This document shows positions 1 to 11,080 of a stretch of DNA of 64,000 bases, piece by piece (position 1 is the first letter of the stretch; each line of letters starts with the position of its first letter). The stretch is from assembly GCF_006345805.1 (NCBI RefSeq), contig NC_043000.1, positions 74,896,001 through 74,960,000 on the forward strand. The letters run 5' to 3'. Made by a program: the position numbers and the translations under genes. This DNA is from Octopus sinensis. Taxonomy: Eukaryota. A model generated the notes under the pieces. That model worked only from the letters and a program-made list of their open reading frames with translations. It did not search any database and was not told where the DNA came from.

Positions 1-148
1 AGTGGTTGGCGTTAGGAAGGGCATCCAGCCGTAGAAACACTGCCAGATCTGACTGGGCCTGATGAAGCCTTCCATCTTCACAGACCCCAGTTGAACCGTC
101 CAACCCATGCTAGCATGGAAAACGGATGCTAAATGATGATGATGATGA

Positions 149-151
<3 letters not shown>
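1..151 (+). mobile_element. 3' tail of RTE LINE ending in (ATG)n, followed by (TA)n
   Basis: GTGGTTGGCGTTAGGAAGGGCATCCAGC...CCATGCTAGCATGGAAAACGG+(ATG)n matches the 3' ends of the RTE copies at 11081-13305 and 14561-17795. Confidence 0.85.
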
Positions 152-183
<32 letters not shown>

Positions 184-212
184 GTATACATTTATATATA
201 TAATGCATACAT

Positions 213-243
<31 letters not shown>

Positions 244-478
244 ATGTGTGCATTATGTGGTCGGTTGAGCTGAAAATATGCACACCTATGTTAAAAGTGC
301 TGGCAAGTTTGCATGGCAACTATTTTTTTCCTCAAATGAAAGGCGTGACCTCTAGGACAAAATTCCTCATCTTATCAAATGTGGCCCGAGTAGACCTGAA
401 TGAAATCAGGTTATATTAACCAAAATGTGAAAAGAGGTCTAAATGGGGCTGGAAGGGGATTAAACTTTACAGGAGCGG

Positions 479-760
479 GTGTTTAGGAATTCTCTGTTAC
501 ATCAAGCTAAAAATTTGCGCCAGCCTTTAGATCTTCAATGTGTTGCTGTCCATGATGAAGAAGTTTTGAATGCTTGCCATGGTGAGTCTACTGTCGTGAG
601 AAAGAATCACTTCAAAACTTGGTGTTTAGGAATTTTCTTTTACATCAAGTTCAAAATTTTACGCCAGCCATTAAATTGCTGCTACGTTACTGTCCATCGT
701 TAAGAAATGCCAGCCATGGTGACTCTACTATCCTCAGATTCTATCCCTTCAAACTTTGGT
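479..760. repeat. Diverged tandem duplication, period about 142 bp
   Basis: GTGTTTAGGAATT..TTACATCAAG..AAAATTT..CGCCAGCC..CCATGGTGA.TCTACT occurs at about 479 and again at about 622. Confidence 0.6.
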
Positions 761-1159
761 TTCCAATATTTTTTTATTTTTATCCAGCTCGCAAGTTCAT
801 CTGTCCCTTTTAAATGTTAGTGTTTTGCTGTCTGCCTTGAAGCAGACCTTTCTGTTGTCACTGCCTGATATTTATGATTTATCTTTCAAAATATTTTTTT
901 CCTCAACTTACTCAAGATCTTTTGTTGTTTATAAATGGGAGAGAGATAGAGAAAGATAGAAAGAGAAAGCGAGGGAGAGTCTGAGAGAAAGGAAGAGTGA
1001 GAAAGTGAGAGAGAAAGGAAGAGTAAGATAGTGAGAAAGTGAGAGAGAAACAAAGAGGGAGAATGTGGTGATAAAAAACAGTAAGGAAGCAAAAGAAAGT
1101 AACAACCACACTCTTACCCGTGCGTAGAGCGGGTCACCTTAAGCTAGTTAAAAAATTAA

Positions 1160-2779
1160 AACGTTTATGGTCCAAATCATTCCAAGTCGTCAACTGGTTT
1201 AGTTCTATTACTAATAAGAGGAGCACTAAGTTTATCCAGTTTGACATTTCTAGTTTTTATTCACTCATCAACCCAATAGTACTTAATAAGGCACTTTGGC
1301 TTGCTCATAACAAAGCTGGTCTCACCAGGGAAGAAATTAATGTTGTGTTGGCCGCCAGAAAATCTATCATAAAGTTTGACAATAAGTTGTGGGTCTGTAA
1401 AGACACATCAGATAGTTTTGATATTACAATGGCAAGTAGCTGATTTAGTCTCTATATATATACATTTTGAAATGGCAGAACAGTTCCCAAACATAAATGG
1501 AGGTGTATATCGTGATGACTGTTCACTTTAAAATGTTTCCGACCAAAAAGTACAAAAAGTTAAGAATAGTTTAGTTAAGTTTTTCTGTAGAATGGGCTTA
1601 AGCATCCTTTTTGATGATGATGTAACGAAGGACAATTTTTTAGATATTTCTCTTAACTTACACAATAATTTGTACTTCCCATACCACAAACCATCAACCA
1701 ATCTTAAGTATATTAGCAAATTCAGTAATCATTCTAGGGCAATTACTAGGAACTTAGTTAAGAATATTTCATTTAGATTGTCTAAGTTATCTGCTAATGT
1801 TGACATTTTCAATGATAAGGCCAAATTTTATAACTCTGCCTTACTTAAAGCAGGTTATACAGAGAAAGTTACCTACATTAATTTCATTCAATCTTATTCT
1901 ACCTTTACTAATGGAGATATGAAATCTAGTTGTAAGGATATAAACATTGTCAAATTTAATTTATATGCCAACACCAAACAGAGGAAGGGAGATAACCCTT
2001 ATTTAAACCCCTATTTTTGTTCTAAAGGTAAATATATGTCTTTCAAAGATAGTTACACTAAAAATAAGGTAACTATTAGTAAAACCATTTGGTTAATTAT
2101 TCCTTGTAGGAAGCAAATTAAATCTAATCTTCCTTTCCAGTTTTGTGAAGCTATTATTAGGAACTTTCCAAAGAATTCTAGGTATTACTCTATTATCAAC
2201 TCACACATGGTTGGGATTGATTTTTCCAACACAAAAAATCTCTTACAAATTATCTCTTCACATAATAACCTGTTAAATAATGATACATTTACTAATACTA
2301 ACATTAATTTAGCTAATACCATCCATCCCCCTAGAAATATTTATAACACGGTTATTGTATCTGAAGTCAATTACAACAGAATCAAGTTTATATCAAGTAA
2401 CTCTAAAATTAAAAATTCTATACACCAGTGTAAAATTACTTCTGGTAATGAAGTATTTTTTTATATAGGCAGCTCATCTTCTCAATTATCTAAAAGAATT
2501 TCTAATCATTACTCTACATTTAGGAATAGGAATAAACGTAACAATACAAGTCTTAGTAAATTAATTTGGTATCTAAAAAACCACAATAAACAATTTAATT
2601 TAGATTGGTTGATTCTCTCAATTTCGATACCTTATGACAAAGACAAGGAATTCTGTCTTCTCTGTAATTCTGAACTATTTTTTATTCTTTTTTCTAAAAA
2701 TCCCCTTGTAAACACAGTTATAGAGCATGCATACCAATGTAAACATTGGCAGAGACACACCTTTAGTTCATATAAGTGA
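1160..2779 (+). pseudogene. Frameshifted Penelope-like RT/GIY-YIG ORF
   Basis: ORFs 1120-1443 and 1592-2779 carry successive parts of the protein; a deletion/frameshift lies near 1435. Confidence 0.85.
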
Positions 2780-3065
2780 TATCTATCATTATATATAATT
2801 TAAACATTAATTTTCTTCTTACATTTCACATTCACTAGATATATCTTTTTCCAAGACTATAGGGTTTTATTTAATATACATAATGTTATATACTTCTCAT
2901 TTATTTGGTCTTTTTCTTTCCTTTACCCCTCTTCTTTCTATAGGCTACCTTTGATGTTATATCCTCTAATGTTTTTTTAAAACAAACTTAATAGCATGTA
3001 TGTTAATCACTATACATATCCATCATTCTCTGTTGAAATGTCTTATTGACGAGTTTCATTTCTTC

Positions 3066-3152
3066 ACTTCCCTGAAGAGAAGATTACATTGTTTTACACC
3101 ATTTTATTCCTTTAGAATAATCCCAGTGATATCTTTGAAACGTGTCGGAAGT
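3066..3152 (+). ncRNA. Type I hammerhead ribozyme in Penelope pLTR
   Basis: ACTTCC-CTGAAGA-GAAGAT...ATCTTT-GAAA-CGTGTC-GGAAGT: stem I ACTTCC/GGAAGT, stem II GAAGAT/ATCTTT, minimal stem III, predicted cleavage after C3146. Confidence 0.85.
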
Positions 3153-3339
3153 AAAAGAATTTGAATAACACCTGTGTTTAACTCCATTTATGCACACACA
3201 TACATACATGTATTTGTTCATACGGTCTTTTCACTTTAAGGTTTTATTTTACCAATTTCTACTTATTAATTGTATTTTTGACTTACTTATTATTTGTATT
3301 AATTTTTTTATCTCCTATTCCTATACTACATACCACATA

Positions 3340-4382
3340 TCACCACTCCTCTCCCTCACACACACACACGAATGCACACATGCCTCTACACAGAACACAT
3401 ACAATGCACACATATTCATATACATGCTCGTATATACACTTCCACACACACGCAACAGAGTGACACACAGAAAGGCACACACACACATTTACATAGTAAG
3501 AGAATGCACGACAGAATGACACACAAAGATAAACCCACACACACACCCATACATATGCATGCACACAGATACACATTCCCACTCCGTCCACGTACACATG
3601 CCAACACTCCCACCCACCCATTCACACACCCTTCAGACAATGTACCTTCACACTACCTCTGCCCTCTCCCTCTCACACATATATACAAACACACACACAC
3701 ATATACCTTCAAACACAACACACATGCATGGAGACACATGAACACACATATACCTCAGCACACATACACACATGAACGCACATATCCCACCACACACATA
3801 TGTACACATACATACACACATGTATGTACACATACACACGAATGCACATCTACCGCCACACACACAACACACACATATGCACACGCACATACATGTACAC
3901 AGAGAATGCACATACACCTCTACACATGCATGAACACACATATACCTCCACACACACACACATATACTTCCACACTCACATGCACATACACACATCCCTG
4001 CATGCACACATGAAAACACACACATACATATACAGAAAAAGAAAGAGACAGTGACCCAGAGAGTGGCATACACATGCACCCATACACATGTCCACACACA
4101 TACACATTCCCACTCCGTCTACGTGCACATGCCAACACACACACATCCATACCCACCCATTCACACACTCTTCAGACTGCCTTTCAAAAATCCTTCCATT
4201 GCCCTCAACTACTACTGACCATCACATCTATGCACATGTGCAAAAACACACTCACCCATACATACACCTGTCACCATACACATACACACATGGTATCTCA
4301 CAAATGCCACCACATGCATGCACACAAGTTACCTTACACACCACGGTATCAAACACATGCCACCACCACCACCACAGGCACA
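3340..4382. repeat. Degenerate (CA)-rich low-complexity tract with internal duplication
   Basis: CA/TA-rich; ACATTCCCACTCCGTC...CACCCATTCACACAC..TTCAGAC at about 3570-3640 recurs at about 4100-4180. Confidence 0.85.
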
Positions 4383-4436
4383 CTGGTTTGGATTTAAAAG
4401 TTCTAAGTGGACTAACCTTTCCTATCCCACCAAACA

Positions 4437-5105
4437 GGTAACAATACCTTACATGGGTGAAGATCTGTTTTAGCCTGGGTTGCTGGTGTTTCTCCTTTCC
4501 CTACCCACTGTCTCCAGCACTTGACATTTTTATAGTGAACCCATTTCTCTCATCACCAGTCACTATTCGCTCCAAAAATGTTCATTGGTGAGACATGACA
4601 GCAAAGAAAAGCACACAATTTACTCTCTGTCCATGATTAGACTTTGAAGGTTTGAGAGGAACCCATTGACTCAGTTTGCTCACTTTTCCGATGGCACGCA
4701 GGTGTTGAGAAATGGTTGAATGACCAAATCCAAGCTTTTCTGCTAGTTCCTCAACAGGTATGATGGGATTTTGTTCCATCAGGGTTTGCAGGACATCCTC
4801 ATTAAGCTCTACAGATCTTCCAGGATGAGGCTCGTCTTCTATGCTGTAGTTCCCAGCTCGGAATTTCTGGAACCACTTTTAACACTGGCTTACATTTATT
4901 GTCCAATCGCCATATACTGCATTAATATTCCTCACACTTTCCTTTGGGTTGTTGCCTTTATTGAACTCCTAAAGCAAAATATGTCAAATATCGTCCTTTG
5001 TCACTTCTATTTTGATAAAATAGCTGTTAAAATCAAAATGCTCTCTTCAATGGTTGCACTAAGAATAAGGACAAGGTCAAATTAGGACCTGCTTTTATAG
5101 AAAGT
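4437..5105 (-). mobile_element. Degenerate mariner transposon fragment
   Basis: Minus-strand peptide EELAEKLGFGHSTISQHLRAIGKVSKLSQWVP (HTH plus WVP motif of mariner transposases); 5' part matches 63750-63790 in the opposite orientation. Confidence 0.8.
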
Positions 5106-5230
5106 ACAACATTTTTCTTCCAAAATAATACTGCACCAGGTATTGTAATAATACCTACACTAGTAAAGATGAGGAATTATGTACATTATTTACATTTGAT
5201 GGATCTTTGTCCTCATCTTGTTTGTTATTA

Positions 5231-5274
5231 ACACAACATTTCAGCTGATATACCCTCCAGCCTTCATCAAGTGT
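5231..5274 (-). ncRNA. Degenerate minimal hammerhead motif
   Basis: Minus strand ACAC-TTGATGA-A-GGCTG...CAGCT-GAAA-TGTT-GTGT; stems I and II pair, C3 is mutated to T. Confidence 0.55.
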
Positions 5275-5320
5275 CTTGGAGAAATTTCAAACTTGGGTTC
5301 TCATTCATAAGGCATTTTTT

Positions 5321-5396
5321 GTTGTTGTTGTTGTTCTTCTTCTTCTTCTTCTTCTTCTTCTTCTTCTTCTTCTTCTTCTTCTTCTTCTTCTTCTTC
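5321..5396. repeat. (GTT)n(CTT)n microsatellite
   Basis: Read directly from the sequence. Confidence 0.95.
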
Positions 5397-5749
5397 AGGT
5401 CATCGCACTCGGAATGTTGGGTTTAGTAGCCTGCACTTTTAACCACTATGCCATATGCCCATGGGCAATTATGGAGTGAATTTTAGGGCTAGTATGGTCC
5501 TGAGTTCCCTGCATATAGGAAAATATTTACAGTTGGAATACTATTAGGTCTGCTCCATCTGAGACTAATCAACAATTGTTAGAGTGATAATATATCACTC
5601 TAACAATTCTGTTTTTATATTGTAATTTCTCTTAAAATTTGAGAAATACTGTCCAAAGTATTGAAGATTTCCTTTAATTTAGTAAATTGAAGTTTGTTTT
5701 CAACATAGAATTTAAAAGAAATTTAATGCACTATTATTTTTCTTTACAG

Positions 5750-6782
5750 GCGTGAGGATAAAAGAAACCACAGTAGCAGTGGTGATGAAGATAAACACAG
5801 CTCTACTTATTCTTTGCCTCTGAAGCCTCCAATGAGGCAACTTAGTGATGATAGTGCCACCAACCAACAGCTGGCGAAATGCATGTCTCAACCAAATATT
5901 CTTATTCAACAAGAGAGACCAGACAGCCCTAAAACGTCTGCCCAGTGTCCTTCATCGCCGAAAATGCACATGAAATTAGAGGCACCACCCCTTCCGATGA
6001 TTCGTGAAAGAGTTGTTAAAGAACACCCCGTAAAAGAAGAAAAATCCGAGCCGCCCCAACCAACTAGTGTAACTGCCACCAGCACCACCTCAACAGCAAC
6101 AACGACAACTGCAATATCCAGTTCTGTCAGCAGTGAAGAAGTGGCAGCTATTGAGGATGCTCTTGCCAAGATGATGTCTGGTATCAAGTCATTAGAAGTA
6201 CAACAGAAAACTGATAAAAGAATGAGCTTGCCAGCCATGAAGAGTAAACCCACTCCTAAACATACACCTGATTTAGTTTTAGACCTACCTGAAGGGTCAG
6301 ACTCCCCACCCTCACAGGAGAACAGTGAGCCTGGTAGCCCCACTGTCATTAGTGGTGCTGATGCTTTTGCTAAGTCCAATCAAAGTACATTAAAAAAAGG
6401 GCATCCTTTATTGCGCACACCAATAGCACTTAATCGGCATAGTGCCCCTGAGGACACACAGCCACCAGGTGGACTCGTGCAGTCATCAGTTATAAAGAGA
6501 AGCTTTAGCACACAAGTGCCTGGTGGCCGTATTTGTCCAAGCCCCATGCCTCCTGCAGGACTTGCAGAAGTTCCTAATGAAGGGATGTGTTCCACAGCCC
6601 CACCTCCAATACCAGAGAAGCCTAAAGTTGCAATGAAGGCTAAACCCCCTGTTATGCGCAAACCTACAAAATCTCCGGATCCCCAGCGCAAATTTAACCC
6701 ACCTGATGAAATTACTGAAATAGCAACAACTGCAACTCCTCCACCAGCAGCAACTACTGCTGCATCGTCAACCAAGCAATAA
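5750..6782 (+). CDS. SRGAP: Terminal coding exon of a SLIT-ROBO Rho GTPase-activating protein (srGAP)-like gene
   Basis: Polypyrimidine tract with CAG acceptor (AG at 5748-5749), open frame from 5751 (REDKRNHSSSG...) to TAA at 6780-6782; IEDALAKMMSGIKSLE...KHTPDLVLDLP resembles the srGAP C-terminal coiled coil plus KHTPDVVLD motif as I recall it; Pro/Ser-rich tail. Confidence 0.75.
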
Positions 6783-7535
6783 AAAATGAACTCATCTTAA
6801 GAGATTTCTAAGAAGGAAAATATGAAAATTTTATGAAAAATATTGATACCTTGAGAATGGAATGGAATTAAAAAAGTAACATCTAGTAATGAATGAAACA
6901 AAATTTCTTACCAGCAGCTTTGAATTGTCAGTTGATAGAAAGGAGGGTGAAGTGGATTCATTTGGAAAAAGACTGTAGAATTTAATAGTGTAAGCATTCT
7001 GGGTATTGCCATTTTTGACATCCATTGCTGAGCAGAGGATCTAGCTTACACTTTTTACTCCTTCCCACCTTTCCAACTCTCTTCTCTATCTTAACATTTT
7101 TGTTTTTTTATAACTTAACCCTGTTTTGGATTCTTCTTTTCATAGGTCACTTTGAATTGTGTAAATGCTACAATAAACTCATTTTTTTGAGGAGGGGGTA
7201 CATAATTACCTATATGCTCATTCATATTTACTCTCAAAATCATTGCCAAATATAAATTTTCCTGGTACAGACTGATTTAAACAAAAGTTATTTCTAAGTT
7301 TGAATTTTTTTTACCTTTGTAAAAACAAAACAACATTAAAATCAATTAGGAGTTTGTATATACTGATGATTGATTCATTACTTTTGATTATAGCCTAAGT
7401 AATTCTTCAAATGACAATGCACAAGTGCAGATACAAAACTAAAAAAAGTTCCCCTCTCATGTAAAAATGTTGTATTAGTTATTAATTTACTATACAAGGT
7501 ATTGACTACTCAATAAAATGTAGAAACAGAATGTT
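6783..7535 (+). other. Probable 3' UTR of the srGAP-like gene
   Basis: Non-repetitive AT-rich sequence after the stop; AATAAA at 7172-7177 and 7512-7517; the true end is not determinable. Confidence 0.45.
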
Positions 7536-7899
7536 GTTTCTTTGCTGTGTAGAGCTTACATTTGACTGTGCGCAAGAAAAAATGAAAAAGGAGTAAAATA
7601 ATAGAAAAATGTTTGAAAAAACAAACAAGACGTGCAAAATATTTTACTTCTCTTTATTACCAATAATGTTTTTAGCTTTATTAAAAAGGAATATATAAAT
7701 TGTATACATTATATAAATCTTGCTTGCTATGGAAGCTAAAAGAATATATATTTTATTTTCTATATATTCTGTACTTTAATAGTTCAGAGTGGAGATGCTA
7801 TCTCATTTTAGTGATTATATATCATTTGATAAAAACTAGTTTATCTGAAGCCCATATAGATTTTTACTGATTTTCAGTACACAGTGCAACGTCTCATAC

Positions 7900-8965
7900 T
7901 ATTAGGTTGGAAAGAAAGTCCTGTCACATCTCAAGATGATAAAGGAAAAAATGCTTTTTTTAGTCTTATTTGATATATTTAACAAAGACAATATTGCCCC
8001 TCTTTATTGATAACATAATCCCATCTGTTTGGGTGTAAAATTCTTCAGGTTTTGAAGTAAAGAAACACTCAATATTAATTGTTAACCTCTTTACAATTAA
8101 TAAACAGTTACGAGATACTGTTGCAATGATCTGAAAAGATGAGTCAGAAGAGTAAGAACAATGAAGCAAAAATTCTATATTAAGTGCCATAATCTTTCCC
8201 TGTGTGACTAGGGCAATATGTGGTCTTAAATTACTGTATAAGAGCAACACCTCTTTGCAATTAACTAATGTGCAATGCTTCTGATTAATAATACTTCTCC
8301 ATATTAACTGTTTTATATTGGTTTAATGCTTCATGATAGATGACACCCTTCAAACATAGAGCATAACTTTTTTCAGGTGTAGTTCTGGTTTCAGGATGTA
8401 TTCTCCTTTTTCATCAGGTACCAGTCATTTGTTGTTTTCATTGAATATGATTATAGAGAATCCCGTTTTCATCACTGATAATGTTTATACCCAAGAAAAG
8501 TTCAATAACAAATCTACTCTTCATTGATGAACAGAGGGCAACTCATTGATTAAGCTGAGAAGTAGCCAGATGATGAGGGAACTACTAAGTTTAGACACAT
8601 CTAGTTGACGAAAACACTTTATGATCAAGGTGTAACTTGAATTCAGTTGTTTTGCTAAATCTTGTATAGTTTCCTTTGAATTTTCCTCAACTATAATTTT
8701 CAGAAGCTCAAGGTTGATAGAATTTAGTCATTCAGATTGAAGGAAATCTGTGAAAGAAAAATTTCCCAAGTGAAACTGGAATGTCATTGTGGCATGTCCA
8801 GACATCTATACACATAAACCTTCATTTCCAAAGACAACTAAATATTTCTTACTGCTTTTATTGCTGACAAGTTCTTTTGAGTTCATACAGCATGCAGTGT
8901 CTGATATAGGTCTAAGATAAAATCATTTTAAAAAGATAAAGTCGATACAAATTTAACCTCTATCA
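7900..8965 (-). mobile_element. Highly degenerate mariner-like transposon
   Basis: TATTAGGTTGG TIR-like start at 7900; minus-strand remnants (RPHIA, FFTSKPEEFY..GI..L) resemble the mariner catalytic C-terminus. Confidence 0.6.
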
Positions 8966-9620
8966 TATAAAGTAATTTGCACAAAGAGAAAAGACATTAG
9001 AATGTAAAAACTAATACTTGTTTGACTATAAATATTGAAAAAGTACCTCAAAGTAATCATGTCAAAAATACAACAGGACTTACTTTCCAACCTAATATTT
9101 CTGAGTTTAAATGCTGTTCGGGGTTTACCTTTTCTACTTCTACAGGTATCAATAAAATAACTATCCATAATTATTTTCAGGTCAATCAATCACAAATGTT
9201 CTTTCTCCTTATATATACAAAGAATGATGTGCCAAAGAAAATATTTCAAACAAATAATTGGGGGATCAATTTTGAAGTAATTTGTGACATATTTATATGG
9301 TTGAATGCATATAATGTAATATTTCCAGTTAACTTGCAGCAGTGTACATTTCTCATACCATTGATTTAATGCTACAAAGATATGAGGAGATATAAAACAT
9401 TAAAACAGTTGCAGAAATTAAAGGGAAGGTAAGAAAGCATACTAAAGAAAGTGGAGATTGAGAAACAAACATTAAAAATATAGAAGTGAAAAAAGTTTTT
9501 CAAAATTGATAGTGCACCAGTGCTCAATAGCTAATAATGATTGTAGCAAATAATAAAGAATCTTCCCGAATCCATTTTCTTTCTCTCACATTTTATGAGA
9601 TATATGTATATATATATGTA

Positions 9621-10035
9621 TCATCATCATCGTTTAATGCCTGTTCTCCATGCTAGCATGGGTTGGATGGTTCAACCAGGATCTGGAAAGCCAGAAGGCT
9701 GCACCAGGCTCCAGTCTGATCTGGCAGTGTTTCTACAGCTGGATGCCCTTCCTAACGCCAACCACTCAGTGAGTGTAGTGGGTGCTTTTTACGTGTCACC
9801 GGCACAGGTGCCAGGCGAGGCTGGCAACAGCCACGATCAGATTGGTGCTTTTTACGTGCCTCCGGTATGGAAGCCAATCAAGGTGGCGCTGGCATCGGCC
9901 ACGTTCAGATGGTGCTTTTTACGTGCCACCGGCATGAAGCTAGTCAAGGCGGCGCAGGCATCGGCCACGTTCAGATGGTGCTTTTTACATGCCACCGGCA
10001 CGGGGATCACAACTACAATTTCCATTGATTTTTGA
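9621..10035 (-). mobile_element. RTE LINE 3' UTR fragment with internal ~60-bp tandem repeats
   Basis: (CAT)n tail and GGTGCTTTTTACGTGCCACCGGCA repeats, as in the RTE 3' UTRs at 11081 and 14561. Confidence 0.85.
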
Positions 10036-10062
10036 TGTTGGTATGAATATGATATATATATA

Positions 10063-10846
10063 TTTAGGGTTGAGGGATAATTCATGAGTGTTTTTATCAA
10101 ACTTAAAAATGCACGCAGAAGTAAAATGCATTAGCAAAATGTTTTATGTTATTTGAAAGAGAATTTTTTGCTCTACAAGATAGTGTGTTTTGATTTTTTA
10201 ATTTTATTGATTTTTGTGTATTTTCAGATCATCAAAATGGAATGTCAAGTGGACAAAACTGAGCATTTTCAGCACTATTTGCTTTTTGCATTTAATTGAG
10301 GTGAGGCTGCTTGTGAGATTTGTGCTATGTATGGAGAAGGAGCAATGCTTGAAAGTACAGCCTGCCGTTGGTTTCCGCACTTCAAAAATGAGAATTTTAA
10401 TTGCAAGGATGGATCACAACCAATTGCATTCAATAAAGGTTGATTGAATCAACTTGTTCACGAAAATCCATGTCAAACGACCAGAGAATTGGCAGAGCAG
10501 ACGGATTGTGATAAAAAAAAAATTGTGGTGAACCACCTTCACTTAATGGGCAAGGTTCATCTAAGTCAGTTGGTTGACTAGTGTGATCCATCCTTGAGGT
10601 CAAAATTCCCAGTTTTAAAGTGCAAAAACCAACTACAGGCATTGTTTATTCTTCATACAAATTTCATGAGCAGCTTTCATGGGCTTAACACCTCAAATGC
10701 AAAACAAATTGTATTGAAAATGCTCAGTTTTGTCCATTTCACATTCCATTTTAATGATCTGAAAATACACAGCAAAATGCATTTTATTTCTGCATGTATT
10801 TTTTAATTTAAAAGAAAAAGCTCATAAATTACTCCTCAAACCAATA
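10063..10846. mobile_element. Mariner-derived MITE-like element with long imperfect inverted arms
   Basis: 10063-10420 is a diverged reverse complement of 10580-10846 (e.g. TATTTTCAGATCAT/ATGATCTGAAAATA, AAACTGAGCATTTTCA/TGAAAATGCTCAGTTT). Confidence 0.7.
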
Positions 10847-11080
10847 CATATATATGTGTGTGTGCATATGTAACTTTTTTTAATTCTCTCTGTTTATTTC
10901 GTGTTCTTTTTTGCTGAAGACCGTAGGCTCAAAACGTAAGAGACTTTCTCACCTTTCCAAGCGTCAAACTTAATACACCTGCTTGTTTATACACCTGTCT
11001 TTGTCTTGTTTTTCTGTAAATTTCATGTACACATATGTGTGTATCTATATGTATATATATGATATATATATATGTATGTA

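Larger units (their letters stand above)
1160..3330 (+). mobile_element. Penelope-like retroelement (5'-truncated): RT + GIY-YIG + 3' pLTR with hammerhead
   Basis: RT motifs FIQFDISSFY, FDITM and GGVYRDD (about 1498-1518); GIY-YIG FYIGSS..LSKRISNH and CLLC..E..CKH; HHR at 3066-3152. Confidence 0.9.
5165..5460 (-). mobile_element. tRNA-headed SINE-like element with internal microsatellite and degenerate hammerhead motif
   Basis: Minus strand starts GGGCATATGGCATAGTGGTTAA (A-box-like) ...CCGAGTGCGAT (degenerate B box), then (AAG)n, then an HHR-like motif at 5231-5274. Confidence 0.6.

Noticed and set aside
59-125. CTGATGA...GAAA in the RTE tail as a hammerhead
   Set aside because: The stems do not form around the core, and CTGATGA is not conserved in most other RTE tails here (e.g. 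CTGGCGCAG on the minus strand at about 11165-11173)
1441-1443. In-frame TGA in the Penelope RT as a possible selenocysteine codon
   Set aside because: The neighbouring frame reads VADLV, as expected for the RT motif, so a deletion/frameshift explains the TGA; no SECIS was recognised
3190-4441. His/Thr-rich and Cys/Val-rich ORFs
   Set aside because: Translations of CA/TG low-complexity repeats; the same applies to the Y/I-rich ORFs in (TA)n tracts
5906-6775. Minus-strand ORFs of 157 and 131 aa
   Set aside because: Antisense shadows of the srGAP-like exon
9780-10000. ~60-bp repeats with variable internal parts resembling a CRISPR array
   Set aside because: Eukaryotic context, no cas genes, the intervening parts resemble each other, and the array is part of the RTE 3' UTR in every copy
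10905-10943. TGCTGAAGACCGTAGGCTCAAAACGTA as a hammerhead
   Set aside because: GAAA is absent and stem II is mismatched; too degenerate to call without a family consensus
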